Below, one piece after another: positions 17,995 through 27,870 of a DNA stretch of 64,000 bases. This DNA is from Chloroflexota bacterium. GTDB taxonomy: Bacteria > Chloroflexota > Anaerolineae > UBA1429. Both the position numbers and the translations under genes were made by a program. The stretch lies in the NCBI GenBank assembly GCA_012729455.1, contig JAAYDC010000014.1, positions 100,692-164,691 of the forward strand, in the 5' to 3' direction. The stretch's first letter is position 1. Each line of letters starts with the position of its first letter. Below the pieces are notes generated by a model that ran no database searches, was not told the DNA's origin, and saw nothing but the letters and a program-made list of their open reading frames with translations.

Positions 17995-18759
17995 ATGATC
18001 CTTGATATGTTCAGCTTGCAGGATAAAGTAGCCCTCGTGACGGGCGCCAGCCGCGGCTTGGGGCAGGGCATCGCTCTGGGTTTGGCGGAGGCCGGCGCCG
18101 ATATCGCCGGCGTGTCGCGCGGCAGCACCGCCGAGACCAAAGTGCAGGTCACTGCCCTGGGGCGGCGCTACCTGGCGCTAAAGTGCGACCTCAGCCAGGC
18201 CAGTGTGGCAGAGCTGTATGACCTGGTCGAGCAGACGGTTTCCGCGTTGGGGCATATCGATATCCTAGTGAATGCCGCCGGCATTAACCATCGCACCGCC
18301 TCGCTCGAGTTCGCCGAAGAGGATTGGGACCGCGTTTTACAGGTCAACTTGAAGAGCGCCATGTACCTCTCGCAAGCAGCCGCGCGCCGTTTTGCCGAAC
18401 AGGGCAAGGGCAAGATCATCAGTGTAGCATCGGCGATGAGCTTTCAGGGCGGGTACATCATCCCGGCCTACACAGCGGCCAAGCACGGCATTCTGGGAAT
18501 GACAAAGGCACTCGGTAACGAGTTTGCATCGCTGGGGATCAATGTCAACGCTATCGCCCCGGGTTATATGGACACCGACATGACCGCTGCGCTGATTGCC
18601 GACCCCAACCGCGGCCCTGCCATCAGCCAGCGCATCCCCGCTGGCCGCTGGGGCACCCCGCAAGACCTGCAGGGCGCGGCCGTGTTTCTAGCGTCAGCTG
18701 CCTCGGATTATTGCCACGGGAGCGTGGTGGTGGTGGATGGCGGTTGGCTGAACCGCTAG
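17995..18759 (+). CDS. SDR-family oxidoreductase (KduD / 2-deoxy-D-gluconate 3-dehydrogenase-like)
   Basis: 254 aa. TGASRGLG cofactor loop. YTAAK catalytic motif. AGGAGG RBS. Confidence 0.85.
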   Translation: MILDMFSLQDKVALVTGASRGLGQGIALGLAEAGADIAGVSRGSTAETKVQVTALGRRYLALKCDLSQASVAELYDLVEQTVSALGHIDILVNAAGINHRTASLEFAEEDWDRVLQVNLKSAMYLSQAAARRFAEQGKGKIISVASAMSFQGGYIIPAYTAAKHGILGMTKALGNEFASLGINVNAIAPGYMDTDMTAALIADPNRGPAISQRIPAGRWGTPQDLQGAAVFLASAASDYCHGSVVVVDGGWLNR

Positions 18760-20777
18760 CGAACGCGTGAACGCTTAACGATAGCGCTCCAGGGTACCAC
18801 CAACGCCGTCAGCGCCAGCACCACCATCGCGATGCTGATGCCTGCCAGCCACCTCAGGGCGGGCTCGTTGTAGGCGGTGTGTTCTGCGCGCAACTCGCGC
18901 ACTTGGTTCCACGCCAGCAGCCAGCGTTGCGTCGGCTCGGTTTGGTCGTCTATATAGACACTATACGACCACGTGCAGCACGATGGGATCTGCCGCCAGG
19001 CCTGTTGCTGGCGGCGCAATAAAAACACCATCAGACGCTGTTCTAACTCGGCAGTCTGTTCACCCTGGTTGGTCAACTCGAGCTGCCGCCACTGCGCCAA
19101 CTCGCTTTCGGCAGCCCAGGCAGTGGCCAGGGCACTCGCATTGAACTGCTCGCGATAAATGACATAGCTGCGCAAACCGGCTCGGTCGGTGGTATCCAGC
19201 TGCGGCGCGTTTTGCCACGGCACCATCAGCATCTTTTTAAACAGGCTGCTCTCATCGCCGATCAGCGCTCTGATCTCACTCACCTGCCTTGTCAGTTCGG
19301 CTTGATCGTGATAACGCAGCGTCATAGTCAGTACGCGCTTCTCGGCATCCAGCGCGGTATCCAGCGCCGCCAGCGGTTCCAGGCGTACCGTCAGCGCGCG
19401 CAGCTCGGTATCGAGGCGTTCCTGGGTGACCGGAAAAGGCTGAAAATCATAGACCACCTGGCGCTGGTTTTCGGTAAGCCGCACAGTGGTCGAGATACCC
19501 GCAAAGGGCGGATTGTATTCGTTGAGCAGCCCCAGGATCTTGGACGGCAGCAGGCGCGGTGCCTGGGCATATGCCACTTCGGTCTCGCCCTTATCCGCCA
19601 ACTCGACCACCCAGCGCAGCTCGAGATCGTGGATCTCGGCATCGCTGGCAGGCATTGGCAACTTGGCCTCGCGCAAACGGGCCAAGTATTCGAGCGCCGA
19701 AGCCTGGTCGCCCTGGCCAGCAGAGGCCTTGGCTACCAAAAAGTACGCCTGGCTGAGCTGGGCATCGATCTGGGCGTTATGCGGATCAAGCGCCCGAGCC
19801 TGTTCGAGTTCCTGGGCAGCCAGCAGGCTATAGTTGTGGCTGGCGTCGGGCACAAGCTCGCCGCGTTCGAGATAGATGGCGGCCATCTCCAGGTGTAACA
19901 CTGCGTTGTTCGGGTCGACTGCGATGGCCTGGTTCTGTGCGGCGATCGCCTGACCGTAATATCCGCGGTCACCCATGCCCATGGCACGGATGGCTTCATC
20001 GATCTGCAGATACAGTACAGCCTGCTGGCGCCAATCGCCGGCCGTGGTCGCCTCGTTGAGTGCGCGCCAGATATCCGGGCGGATCCACACCACCTGGTGC
20101 GGGATCAGGTTGGTGGGTACCTCGTAATCCCAAGTGTATTGCTGGCCGTCAAAACGGCTGATGTAGGGCAGCACCCACACCACAGCACTATCACCGACCG
20201 ACTCGTTCAGGCGCAATCTCACGCGCACGCCTTCCGGCAAGCCCCAGGTGTCCGAGAGCGTCCCCAGGTCGATGCCATAGCCCAGCACGGCGGCATTCCC
20301 AAGCGGCTGGCGGTAGCGCAGGACGAGTGAAATATGTTGGTCGCGACCGAGCGAGATTGGATAGAATACCGCAAAGGTCTCGCTCGAGCCCGCACTGGCG
20401 ATGCCGCGGTCGGATTGGGTCACACTCAAGTCGGCCAAAGCCTCTGGCAGAGGCGCGCGTATCCCCAGGTTGGCGCTGACAGCGTCGCTCTTGGACGTGT
20501 TATGGATCCAATAGGTCTGCTCAACCACCACGCTGCAGCCTTCGGGGGTACACTCGACCTGCCCGATGGCGGATAACGCCGAGAGCTTGATAGCGGGCTG
20601 GTCGTCGGTCAGCTCGAGGTATGGTCCCAGCGGGATCTGCCCGCCCTGCGCAACGACCGGCTGAGCCAACGCGCCCCAGGAGCACAGCACCGCCATCACG
20701 ACAAGCACAACCAGGACCAGTTTGAGAGGGATTCTACGCATATGCCGCATGATAGCGAGACGCATGTGCTTCGTCAA
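18756..20777 (-). CDS. Hypothetical TPR-repeat protein with an N-terminal signal/TM segment and a C-terminal TM helix
   Basis: 673 aa. Hydrophobic N-terminus LKLVLVVLVVMAVLCSWGALA. TPR-like helical repeats in the middle. C-terminal ISIAMVVLALTALVV. Exact start uncertain. Confidence 0.5.
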   Translation of the reverse strand: MTKHMRLAIMRHMRRIPLKLVLVVLVVMAVLCSWGALAQPVVAQGGQIPLGPYLELTDDQPAIKLSALSAIGQVECTPEGCSVVVEQTYWIHNTSKSDAVSANLGIRAPLPEALADLSVTQSDRGIASAGSSETFAVFYPISLGRDQHISLVLRYRQPLGNAAVLGYGIDLGTLSDTWGLPEGVRVRLRLNESVGDSAVVWVLPYISRFDGQQYTWDYEVPTNLIPHQVVWIRPDIWRALNEATTAGDWRQQAVLYLQIDEAIRAMGMGDRGYYGQAIAAQNQAIAVDPNNAVLHLEMAAIYLERGELVPDASHNYSLLAAQELEQARALDPHNAQIDAQLSQAYFLVAKASAGQGDQASALEYLARLREAKLPMPASDAEIHDLELRWVVELADKGETEVAYAQAPRLLPSKILGLLNEYNPPFAGISTTVRLTENQRQVVYDFQPFPVTQERLDTELRALTVRLEPLAALDTALDAEKRVLTMTLRYHDQAELTRQVSEIRALIGDESSLFKKMLMVPWQNAPQLDTTDRAGLRSYVIYREQFNASALATAWAAESELAQWRQLELTNQGEQTAELEQRLMVFLLRRQQQAWRQIPSCCTWSYSVYIDDQTEPTQRWLLAWNQVRELRAEHTAYNEPALRWLAGISIAMVVLALTALVVPWSAIVKRSRVR

Positions 20778-20985
20778 AGCGTGAAAAGGGGCTTGTCATA
20801 TTAGAACATACGTTCCATAAGAGGATTACTATAGCACTCTTTGCAGGTATCTTGGCCGCCATTGCCTTCGCCGCCTGGGCTGATCGCCGCGCCTGGCCCA
20901 AACCGCGCGATACCCGCCCGCTCGTGCGCGTCCCGCAAGCCGCTGTCATCCTGCTGCTGAACGCGCCGCGGCGCCCTGGCCGGCG

Positions 20986-21378
20986 TTAGGATAGCACTTC
21001 TGCGGCGATGTCGCGGCTGGCGATGATATCCACGCCGCTGCCGAGGATATCCGCCACCACCACCTGGCCCTGCGCGACGGGCGCCTGCAGCGTCACGCTG
21101 CGCAACACCTCGGCGGCACGCAGCAGCATCGCCTTGGGCAACGGCCTTTCTGAGCGCACCGGTGAACGCCTGAGCACACCCCCCTTGAGCGCGACGGTGG
21201 CGGTGAGCATGCGGCGCGGATCCAGCAGCTCTTCACGGGCAAAGGCGACGCCGCGCTTGCAGGCTTGTCCGCGCGCATCACAGACCTCGCCGTTTTCTAC
21301 AGTCGCCTGCACAGTGCAGCCCATCGGGCAAGTGACACATATAATCTCGCGTGTTTCCGCCATGCTCAACTCTCCCAC
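20986..21378 (-). CDS. DUF1667 family CxxC protein
   Basis: 130 aa with CVTCPMGC. Position and size match the conserved third gene of GlpA-like/oxidoreductase/DUF1667 trios. Confidence 0.75.
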   Translation of the reverse strand: MGELSMAETREIICVTCPMGCTVQATVENGEVCDARGQACKRGVAFAREELLDPRRMLTATVALKGGVLRRSPVRSERPLPKAMLLRAAEVLRSVTLQAPVAQGQVVVADILGSGVDIIASRDIAAEVLS

Positions 21379-22643
21379 GGCCGGCAGTTCACACTCAGGT
21401 GCTCAGCGCGCTGCAGGCAGGCAATTTCATCCGGTTTCAGGGTCAGTACGATCATCTCTGAAGGACGCGCATATCGCAGCCGCTGGCTGACGACGCGCTC
21501 GCCATCCGCCAGAAATTCGACGCGCACCGGCTGCTCAATCGGTGAGCGCACGCGCAGCTCTATCACCAGCTCATCCAGCTCCGGAGTGAGGTGCAGCACC
21601 TGCGGTACGACGTGGTGGATATTCACCCCCAGTTCAATCGTCTGCGGGGTAACTGCCGTAGTGAGGCGGTTGCCGAGGACATAGCGGGCGGCCTGACGTC
21701 CAGCGCGCAGGGCGCTCTCGGTAACGGCATCTACCAGGTCATAGACGTGCACCATGTTGCCGGCCGCAAACACACCCGGCACACTGGTCTGCAGGCTTTC
21801 ATCCACCCGAGCTCCGCCGGTGAGCGGGTCGAGGCCGACATGCGCCATGCGTGCCAGCTCAATCTCGGGCAAGAGGCCCACCGATAACAACAGCGTATCG
21901 CACGCGATGGTGCGCGCCGTCTCGCACAGCGGCTGCCAGTGCTGGTCGACGGCGCACAGCTCGACGGCCTCCAGGCGCTCACGCCCGATGGTGCGCGTGA
22001 CGGTGGTGCTGGTGTGGAGCGGAATATCGAAATCGTGCACGCACTGCACCAAATTACGCCGCAGACCGCTGACATACGGCAGCACTTCTGCCATCGCCAG
22101 CACCTGCGCGCCCGCCAGGGTCAGACGGCGCGCCATGATCATGCCAATATCGCCCGAACCGAGGATCACGTAGCGCTTGCCGGGCATATAGCCCTCGATG
22201 TTAACCAGCCGCTGAGCGGTGCCAGCCGTCAGGATACCGGCCGGCCGCGATCCTGCGATGTTCAATGCCCCGCGCGGGCGTTCGCGGCAGCCGGTTGCCA
22301 GCACCAGGGCACCAGCGCTCAGCTCGTGCAGCTTACCGGCTCCGCTCACCAGTACGCGGCGGTCAGCATTAATCTCGAGCACCATGCTTTGCAGCATAAA
22401 CTCGACCTGGGCCATCTCGGCACGCCGCAGCCATCTTGAGGCGTATTCGGGGCCCGTCAGGTCGCTTCCAAACACTCTTAGCCCAAAGCCATTGTGCACG
22501 CACTGCGGCAGGATACCACCAGCCTCGGTATTGCGCTCGATCACCAGCACGCGTTCGGCACCCTCCGCGCGCGCCTCGCTGGCAGCTGCCATGCCAGCTG
22601 GTCCGCCGCCGATTACCACCACATCCCAATGCGGCAGGCTCAT
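21366..22643 (-). CDS. NAD(P)/FAD-dependent pyridine nucleotide-disulfide-type oxidoreductase
   Basis: 425 aa. VVVIGGGPAGMAAA FAD fold. Second Rossmann YVILGSGDIG. Confidence 0.8.
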   Translation of the reverse strand: MSLPHWDVVVIGGGPAGMAAASEARAEGAERVLVIERNTEAGGILPQCVHNGFGLRVFGSDLTGPEYASRWLRRAEMAQVEFMLQSMVLEINADRRVLVSGAGKLHELSAGALVLATGCRERPRGALNIAGSRPAGILTAGTAQRLVNIEGYMPGKRYVILGSGDIGMIMARRLTLAGAQVLAMAEVLPYVSGLRRNLVQCVHDFDIPLHTSTTVTRTIGRERLEAVELCAVDQHWQPLCETARTIACDTLLLSVGLLPEIELARMAHVGLDPLTGGARVDESLQTSVPGVFAAGNMVHVYDLVDAVTESALRAGRQAARYVLGNRLTTAVTPQTIELGVNIHHVVPQVLHLTPELDELVIELRVRSPIEQPVRVEFLADGERVVSQRLRYARPSEMIVLTLKPDEIACLQRAEHLSVNCRPWES

Positions 22644-24091
22644 CCCCCGGCCTCCTCAGGGTTTACCAGATAGCGCGAAGCGCCGCCTTTGGCAGTGAAT
22701 TCCAGCGGAGAGATACCCAACTCACGCGCCATGATATCGATCACCAGCGGCAGGTCAAAGGCACCCTGGCAGCGCCCCGATCCAAGGCGCGTGCGCCGCT
22801 TGAGTCCGTCGTAGGTGCGTGCCGGGATGGGTCCATGGCAGGCCGCCGCCACCTGTCCTTCAGAGACGCCCTCACAGCGACACACGATGTGGCCGTAGCG
22901 CGGATCCTGCTCGATCAGCACGCGCCGCTCTGCCAGGCTTAGCTGTGCCAGGCGCGGCACTGCCCGCCGCAGCGGGTTAAAGCCGGGCTTTTCATCCAGC
23001 CTTAGGCCAGCCTCTCGCAGCATCTCGCACACCTGCAGCGCGATGGCAGGCGCCGCCGTCAAGCCTGGCGACTCGATGCCCGCCAGCACCACCAGGCCCT
23101 GCGGCTCGTCGGGGATGCTGATCACAAAGTCATCGGTCGAGCCGGAAGCACGCAGCCCAGCAAAGGAGCGGATCACATCGCGCCGATCCAGCCCCGGCAC
23201 CAGTTTTAAAGCTCCCTGCCAGACTTCGTCCACGCCCTCAGCGGTCACGTCGAGGTCGTTTTTGTCATCCACATGCACGGCGTTGGGGCCCAGCAGCACG
23301 TTATCGTGGATAGTGCGCGTAACCATAATGCCCTTGCTGACGGGAGTCGGGCACGGGAAGAGCACGCTGCGCATTACCTCGGCAGTGCGACGGTCGAGCA
23401 CATAGTACTCGCCCTTGCGCGGGCGGATGTTGAATCCAGTGAGCCCCGCCTTCCGCATGAGGTCGTCAGCCCATAACCCCGCCGCGATGATCACCCAGCG
23501 CGTGTAAAACGTGCCGCGATCTGTCACTACGCCCTGCAGGCGCTTGCACTGGCGCTCAAAGCCAGTCACGAGGGTCTCGAGCGCCAGCTCGACACCGTTC
23601 ATCACCGCGTTTTCAGCCGCGCCGAGGGCCATCTGAAAGGGATCAACCAGCCCGCCAGTCGGCGCCCACAACGCGCCGCGGACTGCGGGGTTGAGCGCGG
23701 GGGCATGTGCCAGGGTGGCGGCGGCGTCGAGGATCTCGAGCCCCGGTACGCCATTGGCAATGCCGCGCTCGCGCAGTGCCTCGAGGGTGCGCAGGTCGTC
23801 AGCATCCATGGCGGCAACCAGCGTACCGCAGCGGTCGAACTCGATATCCAGCTCACCGCACAGGATTTCGAACATGCGGTTGCCGGCAACGTTCAGACGC
23901 GCCTTGGCGCTGCCTGGTTTGGCATCATATCCGGCGTGCACGATGGCGGTATTTGCTTTTGTAGTGCCCTCGCCGACATCGCTGTTTTTATCGATCAGCA
24001 GGATGCTCAGCTGGTAACGAGCAAGCTCGCGCGCGATGAGGCTCCCGACCGCCCCAGCCCCGATAATGACGACGTCATAGGTCGCATTCAT
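22640..24091 (-). CDS. FAD-dependent glycerol-3-phosphate dehydrogenase-like oxidoreductase with a C-terminal BFD-like [2Fe-2S] domain
   Basis: Start at MNATYDVVIIGAGAVGS (DAO fold). C-terminal CRCEGVSEGQV...C...GSGRCQG. 4-nt overlaps with glpK and the downstream oxidoreductase. Confidence 0.8.
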   Translation of the reverse strand: MNATYDVVIIGAGAVGSLIARELARYQLSILLIDKNSDVGEGTTKANTAIVHAGYDAKPGSAKARLNVAGNRMFEILCGELDIEFDRCGTLVAAMDADDLRTLEALRERGIANGVPGLEILDAAATLAHAPALNPAVRGALWAPTGGLVDPFQMALGAAENAVMNGVELALETLVTGFERQCKRLQGVVTDRGTFYTRWVIIAAGLWADDLMRKAGLTGFNIRPRKGEYYVLDRRTAEVMRSVLFPCPTPVSKGIMVTRTIHDNVLLGPNAVHVDDKNDLDVTAEGVDEVWQGALKLVPGLDRRDVIRSFAGLRASGSTDDFVISIPDEPQGLVVLAGIESPGLTAAPAIALQVCEMLREAGLRLDEKPGFNPLRRAVPRLAQLSLAERRVLIEQDPRYGHIVCRCEGVSEGQVAAACHGPIPARTYDGLKRRTRLGSGRCQGAFDLPLVIDIMARELGISPLEFTAKGGASRYLVNPEEAGG

Positions 24092-25575
24092 GCGAGCGGC
24101 TCCGCCCACCCCTGGGCACGATCGGCGGCGCGCTGCCACATACGCCAGCCGCGCTCGCGCTCCGCAGCGCTCCACTGCGCCTGATAGATGCGGTCCGAGC
24201 GCCAAAGGGCGCGCAGGGCTTCCAGGTTGAGCCAGATACCGGCTGCCATACCGGCCAGGTAAGCGGCACCCAGCGAGGTGGTCTCGCGGTTGACGGGCCG
24301 GATAACCGGCTTGCCCAGGATATCAGCCTGGATCTGCATCAGCAGGTTGTTGGCCGAGGCCCCACCATCGACACGCAGCGAACTCAGGGGAATGCCGGTG
24401 GCCTGCCCCATGGCCTGCAGCACCTCCTGGGTCTGGTGGGCGATCGCCTCCAGCGTGGCGCGCGCCAGATGGGCTTTGGTGGCATAACGCGTCAGCCCGA
24501 TGATCAGCCCACGCGCGTCCATATCCCAACGCGGGGCATACATGCCGGCAAAGGCCGGTACAAAGTAAACCCCGCCATTATCGGGTACCTCGGCAGCCAG
24601 CGCCTCGATGTCTGCTGCCTGATGGATGAGCCCCAGGTTATCGCGCAGCCATTGCACAGCCGCGCCGGTCACGGCGATCGAGCCCTCCAACGCATAGCGG
24701 CAGAGGCCGGGTTCCAGCCCATAGGCGACGGTAGTAAGCAGGCCTTGCTCGGAAATCACCGGCGAGCTGCCGATATTCATCAGCATGAACGAGCCCGTGC
24801 CATAGGTATTCTTGGCCTCGCCGACCTCAAAACAGGTCTGTCCCACCAGGGCGGCCTGCTGGTCGCCCAAGATGGACCGCAGCGGGATACCATCCGCGGT
24901 CATGCCCATGGTCGGCTGCCCGAGCGAGGGCACGATGCGCGGCAGCATCTGCATGGGGATGCCAAACAGCTCGCACAGTTCGGCATCCCAGGCGAGGGTC
25001 TCGAGGTTCATCAGCATGGTGCGCGAGGCATTGGTAACGTCGGTGATATGCTCGCCGGTCAGGTTCCAAGCCAGCCAGCTGTCGATAGTGCCGGCCAGGG
25101 CATCGCCGCTTTGAGCATCGCGCGCCAACTCGGGGAGCTCGCGCAGCAGCCAGGCCAGCTTGGAGGCCGAGAAATAGGTGGCGATCACCAGCCCGGTGCG
25201 GCGGCGGATGAGATCAGCCTTACCGTCGCGCTCCAGCTGGGCACAGATATCGCGGCTGCGCACACACTGCCATACTACGGCGTTGGCATAGGGTTGGCCG
25301 GTATGCCGGTTCCACACCACCACCGTCTCACGCTGGTTGGCGATGCCGATGCCGGCCAGATCGGCTGGCTGCAAGCCAGCCATATGCAGTGACTCGTTGA
25401 GTACCAGGTAAACGTTGGCAAGGATTTCGAGCGGGTCGTGCTCGACCCATCCAGGCTGCGGATAGATCTGGCGGTGTTCGCGGTAGGCCGAGGCGATTGT
25501 GTACCCCTGTCCATCCAGGATGACACAGCGGCTGCCAGTCGTACCCTGGTCAAGGGCTGCAATATAGTGTGTCAT
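24088..25575 (-). CDS. glpK: Glycerol kinase
   Basis: MTHYIAALDQGTTGSR start after a GGAG RBS. FGGY glycerol-kinase blocks throughout, ~495 aa. Confidence 0.9.
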   Translation of the reverse strand: MTHYIAALDQGTTGSRCVILDGQGYTIASAYREHRQIYPQPGWVEHDPLEILANVYLVLNESLHMAGLQPADLAGIGIANQRETVVVWNRHTGQPYANAVVWQCVRSRDICAQLERDGKADLIRRRTGLVIATYFSASKLAWLLRELPELARDAQSGDALAGTIDSWLAWNLTGEHITDVTNASRTMLMNLETLAWDAELCELFGIPMQMLPRIVPSLGQPTMGMTADGIPLRSILGDQQAALVGQTCFEVGEAKNTYGTGSFMLMNIGSSPVISEQGLLTTVAYGLEPGLCRYALEGSIAVTGAAVQWLRDNLGLIHQAADIEALAAEVPDNGGVYFVPAFAGMYAPRWDMDARGLIIGLTRYATKAHLARATLEAIAHQTQEVLQAMGQATGIPLSSLRVDGGASANNLLMQIQADILGKPVIRPVNRETTSLGAAYLAGMAAGIWLNLEALRALWRSDRIYQAQWSAAERERGWRMWQRAADRAQGWAEPLA

Positions 25576-25634
25576 CGCATACTCCGCCATTGGAATAGGT
25601 ATTATAACCGGCATCCCGGCTTCGAACAATGCGT

Positions 25635-26393
25635 CTAGTGCAGGATCTTGCCTAAAAAGTCGCGCGTGCGCTGCTCTTTTGGGTCGTTAAAGAGCTGCTG
25701 CGGTGATGAATCCTCGATAATCTGTCCGTCATCCATAAAGATGATACGGCTGGCGGCGTTGCGCGCAAAACCCATCTCGTGCGAGACCACCACCATGGTC
25801 ATGCCGTCGCGCGCCAGGTCGAGCATCACGTCCACCACTTCTTTGATCATCTCGGGGTCAAGCGCCGAGGTGGGCTCGTCAAAAAGCATGATCTTGGGCT
25901 GCATCGCCAGGGCGCGCGCGATGGCGACGCGCTGCTGCTGCCCGCCCGAGATCTGGTTGGGGTAGGCATCCGCCTTTTCGGGGATGCCAACCTTGTTGAG
26001 CAGGTCGAGGGCGATCTCGGAGGATTCGGCCAAGGTGCGCTTGCGCACCACCCGCTGTGCCAAGCAAATGTTTTCCATCACCGTGAGGTGCGGGAAGAGG
26101 TTGAACTGCTGAAAGACCATGCCCACTTCCATGCGCACCTTGTTGATGTTGGCAGCATCGGTCATCAGCACCCCGTCGACCTCGATCGTGCCGGCATCCG
26201 GTGTCTCCAGGTGATTGATACAGCGCAGCAGCGTCGACTTGCCAGAGCCGCTCGGTCCGATGATCACCACCACCTCGCTCGGGTAGATGTCGGTCGAGAC
26301 GTTATCCAGCGCCACCACTCGGCCATGCTCGAACGACTTGCTGATGTTGCGGATGGCGATGATGGGTCGCTTATCACTTGCGGGGCTCTCCAT
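25635..26393 (-). CDS. Polar amino-acid ABC transporter ATP-binding protein
   Basis: Walker [25 protein letters not shown] signature. Start at MESPASDK; the track ORF overlaps the permease gene. Confidence 0.85.
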   Translation of the reverse strand: MESPASDKRPIIAIRNISKSFEHGRVVALDNVSTDIYPSEVVVIIGPSGSGKSTLLRCINHLETPDAGTIEVDGVLMTDAANINKVRMEVGMVFQQFNLFPHLTVMENICLAQRVVRKRTLAESSEIALDLLNKVGIPEKADAYPNQISGGQQQRVAIARALAMQPKIMLFDEPTSALDPEMIKEVVDVMLDLARDGMTMVVVSHEMGFARNAASRIIFMDDGQIIEDSSPQQLFNDPKEQRTRDFLGKILH

Positions 26394-26403
26394 GCTATCT
26401 CCG

Positions 26404-27849
26404 TCAGCTCTCAAAGGTAGTGCGTGCTTCGATGTACTCGACCACGCGCGAGGCAAAGAGGGTCAGCACCAGGTAGCAGAGCGCCACCAGAATCCAGGTC
26501 TCAAAGCTGAGAAAAGTGCGCGCCATATATTCGCGTCCGCGGCGGGTGAGGTCAGAGACGGCCAACACCGAGACCAGCGACGAATCCTTCAGGAGCATCA
26601 CAAACTCGTTGCCCACCGGCGGCAAGATCACGCGCACCGCCTGCGGCAGGATGATATAACGCATCGCCTGCATATAGGTCATCCCGAGGGATCGCGCAGC
26701 CTCCATCTGGCCGCGATGGATCGACGATATGCCGGCGCGAAAGATCTCGGATACATACGCGCCGTAACAGATCGTCAGGCCTGTGACAGCCGCGGTAAAG
26801 GGGCTCAGGCGCAGTTCCTGCAGTTTGACACCGGCGCTGGAGAGGAACTCCCAGTCGACCAAACCGTACAGCCGAAGCACTAGGCCTCCCAGGGCGTCAA
26901 AGAGCTGCGGCAGGGCAAACCAGATAAACAACAGCTGCACCATCAGCGGGATGCCGCGCAGCAGCTCAACATACAGCGAGGCGATACCATAGATCACCGG
27001 CGACTTGCTGACGCGCCCTAGACCGCCGAGCAGCGAGACGATCAGGATAAAGATAAACGAGATCACCACAATGCGCAGCGTCACCCAGATCCCGTCTTCA
27101 ATGTACTGCCAGATCTCCAGATACGGTTGCGGCTTGGTCTTGACCAGCAGCCAAGCGACGATCGCCACCGCCGCCACCAGCGCCCACCAGGTAAAGGCCT
27201 GGCACTCCAGCTCGCGATGTAACCCATAAAGGGCTACCACCAGTAGGATACTGCCGGCCAGCGCCACCCAAAAGCCGAGGCTGGGCAGCAGATAAGGACG
27301 GTTGAGGGCGAGCAGCAGGCCCGAGAAATCGATCTGGTGCAGCCAACTGCACAGCATAGCTGCCGGCGCGAAAAAGGCCACGCTAAAGGCGGCCGAGATA
27401 GAGCGCGCGCACAGGCCGTTTGGGCTGGCCCAGGCACGACCAAGCACCCAGGCGGCCGGAATGAGTGCCAGGAGCGGGATAAGCAGGCAGGTCACAAAAC
27501 TGGCAACCTGCTCGAGGTTGTTGGTGTTCAGAGCCTGAAACAGCCAGCCGAAACCCGAGCCCCACAGATAACGCGCCGGCCCCACCTGGATGCTTACCGC
27601 GGTTGTTTCGGCATCTTTTGGGGGTGTGGTTTGGGTATAGAGCTGGCGGTTAATCAGGGTTGGGAAGCTGAGCGAAACGGTAGAGTTGTCGCTATAGGTG
27701 GTCTGGGCGCCAGTGATATAGTTGGGATACATGGGTAACAGGTAGCCCAATAACACCAGCGCGACGCCGACGGCCAGCACGACCAGGCGCCAGTCGCGTT
27801 TTTGAGCGTTCGAAAGCTGGGTCCCGATCATTCCAGCCTGGTAACCCAT
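26404..27849 (-). CDS. Polar amino-acid ABC transporter permease (HisM/GlnP-type C-terminal domain) with a ~250-aa N-terminal polytopic extension
   Basis: 481 aa. C-terminal EAA-loop region EAARSLGMTYMQAMRYIILPQA. The N-terminal half has several additional hydrophobic helices. Confidence 0.75.
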   Translation of the reverse strand: MGYQAGMIGTQLSNAQKRDWRLVVLAVGVALVLLGYLLPMYPNYITGAQTTYSDNSTVSLSFPTLINRQLYTQTTPPKDAETTAVSIQVGPARYLWGSGFGWLFQALNTNNLEQVASFVTCLLIPLLALIPAAWVLGRAWASPNGLCARSISAAFSVAFFAPAAMLCSWLHQIDFSGLLLALNRPYLLPSLGFWVALAGSILLVVALYGLHRELECQAFTWWALVAAVAIVAWLLVKTKPQPYLEIWQYIEDGIWVTLRIVVISFIFILIVSLLGGLGRVSKSPVIYGIASLYVELLRGIPLMVQLLFIWFALPQLFDALGGLVLRLYGLVDWEFLSSAGVKLQELRLSPFTAAVTGLTICYGAYVSEIFRAGISSIHRGQMEAARSLGMTYMQAMRYIILPQAVRVILPPVGNEFVMLLKDSSLVSVLAVSDLTRRGREYMARTFLSFETWILVALCYLVLTLFASRVVEYIEARTTFES

Positions 27850-27870
27850 ACAGAGCGGCCCTCCGTTCCC

